NCBI RefSeq assembly: GCF_006345805.1
Contig: NC_043024.1
Location: 19,468,001-19,532,000, forward strand
Source of the DNA: Octopus sinensis
Taxonomy: Eukaryota
Length of the DNA: 64,000 bases
Direction: 5' to 3'
Part shown: in pieces, positions 59,697 to 64,000 of the stretch
Position numbering within the stretch: the stretch's first letter is position 1
Layout of the letters: the number at the start of each line of letters is the position of its first letter
Made by a program: the position numbers and the translations under genes
Notes under the pieces: model-generated
The model's input: the letters and a program-made list of their open reading frames with translations, nothing else
Databases searched by the model: none
What the model was told of the DNA's origin: nothing

Positions 59697-59906
59697 CTGC
59701 AGCCACCCTCTCGACCCTGGGCAACACTACCTCCTCCAGGCACTTGATGTAGGCCTCTGTGTTAAGTCTGAGGCCATGTGGAAAGATGAATGGAGGAATA
59801 ACGTCGCCATCACTCCAAACACCATGTTGTTGACTGGATGCTTGAATTTTATCACTTTAGGTACATGTTTTGGGCACACAGCAAACCAACGGTTGTCCTG
59901 TGTGTT
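59697..59906 (-). mobile_element. Tc1/mariner (maT-like) transposase relic
   Basis: QDNRWFAVCPKHVPKVIKFKHPVNNMVFGV/DGDVIPPFIFPHGLRLNTEAYIKCLEEVVLPRVERVAA. Confidence 0.8.
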
Positions 59907-60190
59907 TGCATTGGCGCTTCTAGTACAAATGCCAAGCTGTACAGCCTGTCGTTTCCAAATTTCTGGCTGAGTAAATCGTGCATGGTGCTGTTTTTCTCAC
60001 AGCCGGTGCCCAACTGACCCTACTATACTGTGCAGTCAACAAAATCAAAAACAAACAATGTGCATACATAAAATTTAGAATTCAAAAGGATGACAATTTA
60101 CCCATTGTAACCTAAATGTGTATATGTATATATGTATGTAAGTATGTATGTATGTATCTATGTATCTATTTATGTATGGATGTATATATG

Positions 60191-60665
60191 GAGGTCGTTC
60201 TCCTTTAGCTAACTCTCCATAAAAGAGTTGTTTTGGCATCCTTGAATCCTTCATTCTGACCAGATGACCACTCTATCCGAGCCTTTGCTTTAACAAAAGA
60301 GCTTCTATACTTTCACACCGAGAACCTTCCAATAATGAGTGACAACCTGGCCACTGGTGGTGGTCTAACACCATACTAATCATATCTGTCGGGCACGTGG
60401 AAGAGAGTGTAATTCGGCAGGAGGACTTAAATGACATGCAAAGGTACATGAAGCCCAGTTACAACTACAGCTGGCTATTACCAGTAAAGGTATTAGTTGC
60501 CAATTCTGTACAAGACATTGTAGATCTTTAGCTGGGCTAAAAAGTCACATTCGATCACAGCACCAGTAACAGTTAAGCTTCGTGCAATGGCCATACACGA
60601 TAATGAGGGGCAGCCATAAAATGTATGTATGTATGTATGTATGTATGTATGTGCGTATGTATGTA
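60191..60665 (+). mobile_element. RTE 3' fragment with 5' inversion and two C2H2 fingers, in (TATG)n
   Basis: Minus strand 60288-60191 gives SGHLVRMKDSRMPKQLFYGELAKGERP. Plus strand 60387-60449 and 60498-60563 give CRARGRECNSAGGLK*HAKVH and CQFCTRHCRSLAGLKSHIRSQH. Confidence 0.85.
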
Positions 60666-61190
60666 TATGACCCCTAAATAACTGTAAAACTCAATGTCAC
60701 AGGAACCACAATCATGTCTAATTATTTATAAAACCATCTAATTCACAGACAATTTTGATAAATACTTGAATTCTTGAACTTTGGCAGTATTTGAACATTG
60801 GCATTCATATTAACTTTATTAAATTCTGAAATGGAATCGTATTTGACTTAACACAATTTTCTCATTTCTTTCTCATTGTCGCTTGTTACTGTTTTCTCTC
60901 TGGTGCGTTCAGCTTCTGTGTTTTACCAAACACTTTTAGTTATGCAATGGATTTTTGCATAAATTCACTTGTGTTTCATGTCTGCTATCTGTCACAACTG
61001 ACTTACTTCGAAATCAAAGAATAAATTTACCATTTTGATTTACATAAGAATCTTCATGCTTTTCTGTCTTCTCGTTTCTGATCATCATCGTCATCGTCAT
61101 CATTTTCGTTTTAACGTCTACTTTTTTTACACTTGCATGGTTCATAAGGAATTTGTCAAGGTAGTTATGACTTCCACCAAACAATACACA

Positions 61191-61601
61191 ATAGGCGCAG
61201 GAGTGGCTGTGTGGTAAGTAGCGTGCTAACCAACCACATGGTTCCGGGTTCAGTCCCTCTGCGTGGCATCTTGAGCAAGTGTCTTCTACTATAGCTTCGG
61301 GCTGACCAAAGCCTTGTGAGTGGATTTGGTAGACGGAAACTGAAAGAAGCTTGTCGTATATATGTATATATATATAAATATGTATGTGTGTGTATATGTT
61401 TGTGTGTCTGTGTTTGTCCCTCTAGCATTGCTTGACAACCAATGCTGGTGTATTTACGTCCCTGTCACTTAGCAGTTCAGCAAAAGAGACCGATAGAATA
61501 AGTACTAGGCTTACAAAGAATAAGTCCCAGGGTCGATTTGCCCGACTAAAGGCGGTGCTCCAGCATGGCCGCAGTCAAATGACTGAAACAAGTAAAAGAG
61601 T
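61191..61601 (+). mobile_element. SINE family A
   Basis: Consensus match. Confidence 0.9.
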
Positions 61602-61606
61602 ACATC

Positions 61607-62011
61607 CTTATTTCTTTACTGCCCACAAAGAGCTACACACAGAGGGGACAAACGGATTAAGTCGATTATATCAACCCCAGTGCGTAGCTGGTACTTATTT
61701 AATCGACCCCGAATGGATGAAAGGCAAAGTCGACCTCGGCGGAATTTGAACTCAGAACATAAAGACAAACGGAATACCTATTTCTTTATTACCCACAAGG
61801 GGCTAAACATAGAGGGGACAAACAAGGACAGACATAGGTATTAAGTCGATTACATCGACCCCAGTGCATAACTGGTACTTAATTTATCGACCCCGAATGG
61901 ATGAAAGGCAAAGTCGACCTCGGCGGAATTTGAACTCAGAACGTAAAGACAGACGGAATACCGCTAAATATTTTGCCTGGCGTGCTAACGTTTCTGCCAG
62001 CTCGCCACCTT
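61607..62011 (-). mobile_element. SINE family B dimer
   Basis: Junction near 61773. Confidence 0.88.
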
Positions 62012-62602
62012 TATACACACATACAATACACACATCTTTGTCAAATAATCCACCACCAGCCACCAGCAGTTTAGCCACTGATCACCTAATCTTGAAACAG
62101 GTGGTACTGTGTATGTATGTGTGTATGTGCATATATATAAGGTCCTGGTAGGGTGTAAAGGTAGGGTATTACCAGAGAAGCATTCAACGGTCATATTCCA
62201 GACTAATACCAAAATTCCTCAGGTGTAGAAAATCCTGGTTTGCACAAAGGTAAAACTGTTGTTTGGGTTTAGCAAAGAGTAAAGCATAATCCAAAGAATA
62301 AGACAAAGGAATTCCTTTAAGAAATCTTTGATGATTCCTTACAATTGTTTCTGCATAAACTCTGCTTGCGACACCAGTTTAGGAAAAATGCAGAGTGGAA
62401 ATTTTTTGCAAATTTTGCGAGCTGAGTTGGTAGAGAAACAGTTGTAATGAATCATTAAAGATGTGAGAATGTAGTTTTTGCTTTATTATTTGGATTACAC
62501 ACACACACAAATATAGCAAGCAAGATTGAACATCACTTTTATTAGTATATATATATATATACACACATATATATATATATATAATATATATATATATATG
62601 TG

Positions 62603-62901
62603 TGTGGAGGCGCAATGGCCTAGTGGTTAGGGCAGCGGACTCACGGTCGTAGGATCGCGGTTTCGATTCCCAGACCGGGTGTTGTGAGTGTTTATTGAGC
62701 GAAAACACCTAAAAGCTCCACGAGGCTTCGGCAGGGGGTGGTGATCCCTGCTGTACTCTTTCACCACTCTTTCTCTCACTCTTTCTTCTGTTGGCCTGCT
62801 CGCTTAGCCAGCAGTGTGGCGTCATTCGAAGGCTAAAACAATGCGAACACATTGTGACCAGCGATGTGTAACTACATCTGATGGACTGGTCGGTAACATG
62901 A
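62603..62901 (+). mobile_element. SINE family C head with an alternative tail
   Basis: The head TGGAGGCGCAATGGCCTAGTGGTTAGGGCAGCGGACTC matches 4583-4975, but the sequence diverges after CTCTCACTCTT. Confidence 0.85.
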
Positions 62902-62939
<38 letters not shown>

Positions 62940-63179
62940 TGTGTGTGTATATATATATGCATGTGTGTGTGTGTATGTCTATATGCATGTGTGTGTGTAT
63001 GTATATATGTTGCTGTAGAAATACAATGACTGCTCCAATTGACCCCAGTACCAGTTTATTATTTTGTTTTTTAGCCTGGTGCTTATTCTATCAGTTCTCT
63101 TTTGCTGACCCTCAAGGTTACTGCAACCTAAACACACCACCAACACTGGTTGTCAAGTGGTGGTGGTGGGGGACAAACA

Positions 63180-63535
63180 CACACACCTGAAACATACACA
63201 CACACACACACACACCTGAAACATGCATACTCACCTATATTGACACTCTCACCTGAATACATGCATTCATACACACTAGTACACACATGCAAACACACTC
63301 ATGCAAACACATACACGCACACCAGCACTCACACAAACATGTACTGACACACACAAGCACACATATTCAAACACACAGTTTCACAGACTCACATTCACTC
63401 ACAAGCACACACATACACGCACAAGCACCCAAACACACACACACACAATCAAATACACTCACAAACAAGCATACAGACATGCACACTTACTCTCAACTAA
63501 CACATGCATTCACACACGCAAACACACACATACTA
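63180..63535. repeat. CA-rich degenerate microsatellite
   Basis: Direct reading of the sequence. Confidence 0.9.
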
Positions 63536-64000
63536 AAACACTTGTTGATGTCCAGTTTTTGCGGCCTGTTTTGAAGAAAGGTAAATTTTTTACCCCATGA
63601 CCAAGCTTCTTTCCACAAAAGATTGGATGTCATTGACACTGCATGTATAACAGCGATGCTCATTTACATCAGCTACTGTGTGATACCAAAAAAGAGGGAG
63701 ATACAAGCACTTATATACACACACTTCTACATCCTTTGGTACTATAAGGAAAAAAAACAACTTAGTTGCAGGGCCTTGTTTTGTGAGTAACTGGCTACCT
63801 CACTAGTGCTGGTGCCACAAAAATGTATCCAATGCATTCTATAAAGTAGTTGGCATTAGAAAGTGCATCCAGGTGTAGAAGCCATGTTGAAGTAAGCATT
63901 CAGGTCCTGAATTCCCTTCAGATTTGTTGGTTCTTGTGAAACCATTCCAGCAGAAGAAGAAGTACATTAAATGGCAATGATAATGATGATATATGGGCAT

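Noticed and set aside
62603-62680. tRNA gene
   Set aside because: It is a tRNA-like SINE C head that runs directly into SINE body sequence shared with other copies, with no proper acceptor stem or terminator. The same applies to the family A and B heads.

Overview
This is eukaryotic, AT-rich, microsatellite-saturated non-coding DNA. The repeat content (tRNA-derived SINE families, RTE LINEs, Helitron, mariner and piggyBac-like relics) suggests an octopus-type cephalopod genome; this is an inference from repeat content, not a database result. I found no convincing host protein-coding gene. Nearly all long ORFs in the supplied track are microsatellite artefacts or decayed retroelement frames. 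Contents: about 18 copies of SINE family A, about 12 of family B (half of them head-to-tail multimers), 3 of family C, and 4 or more of family D (which matches the 3' UTR of a resident RTE LINE). There are also at least 7 RTE fragments (two with 5' inversions, two with C2H2 fingers, one with a 103/104-bp tandem amplification), CR1-like and HERO/RLE-type fragments, mariner and maT transposase relics, four Helitron-type elements and a decayed U6 snRNA retrocopy. The most notable signal, invisible in the ORF track, is a set of mutually unrelated minimal type I hammerhead ribozyme motifs with short palindromic helix III, the kind known from Penelope-like element LTRs. One has an intact core (21740-21832), one is near-intact (59551-59621), one has a G12A change (29629-29696), and a head-to-head pair carries a U3:A8 compensatory core (17490-17698). 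All folds were derived by hand and none has been tested. Coordinates were counted by hand and may be off by a few bases, especially at repeat edges.
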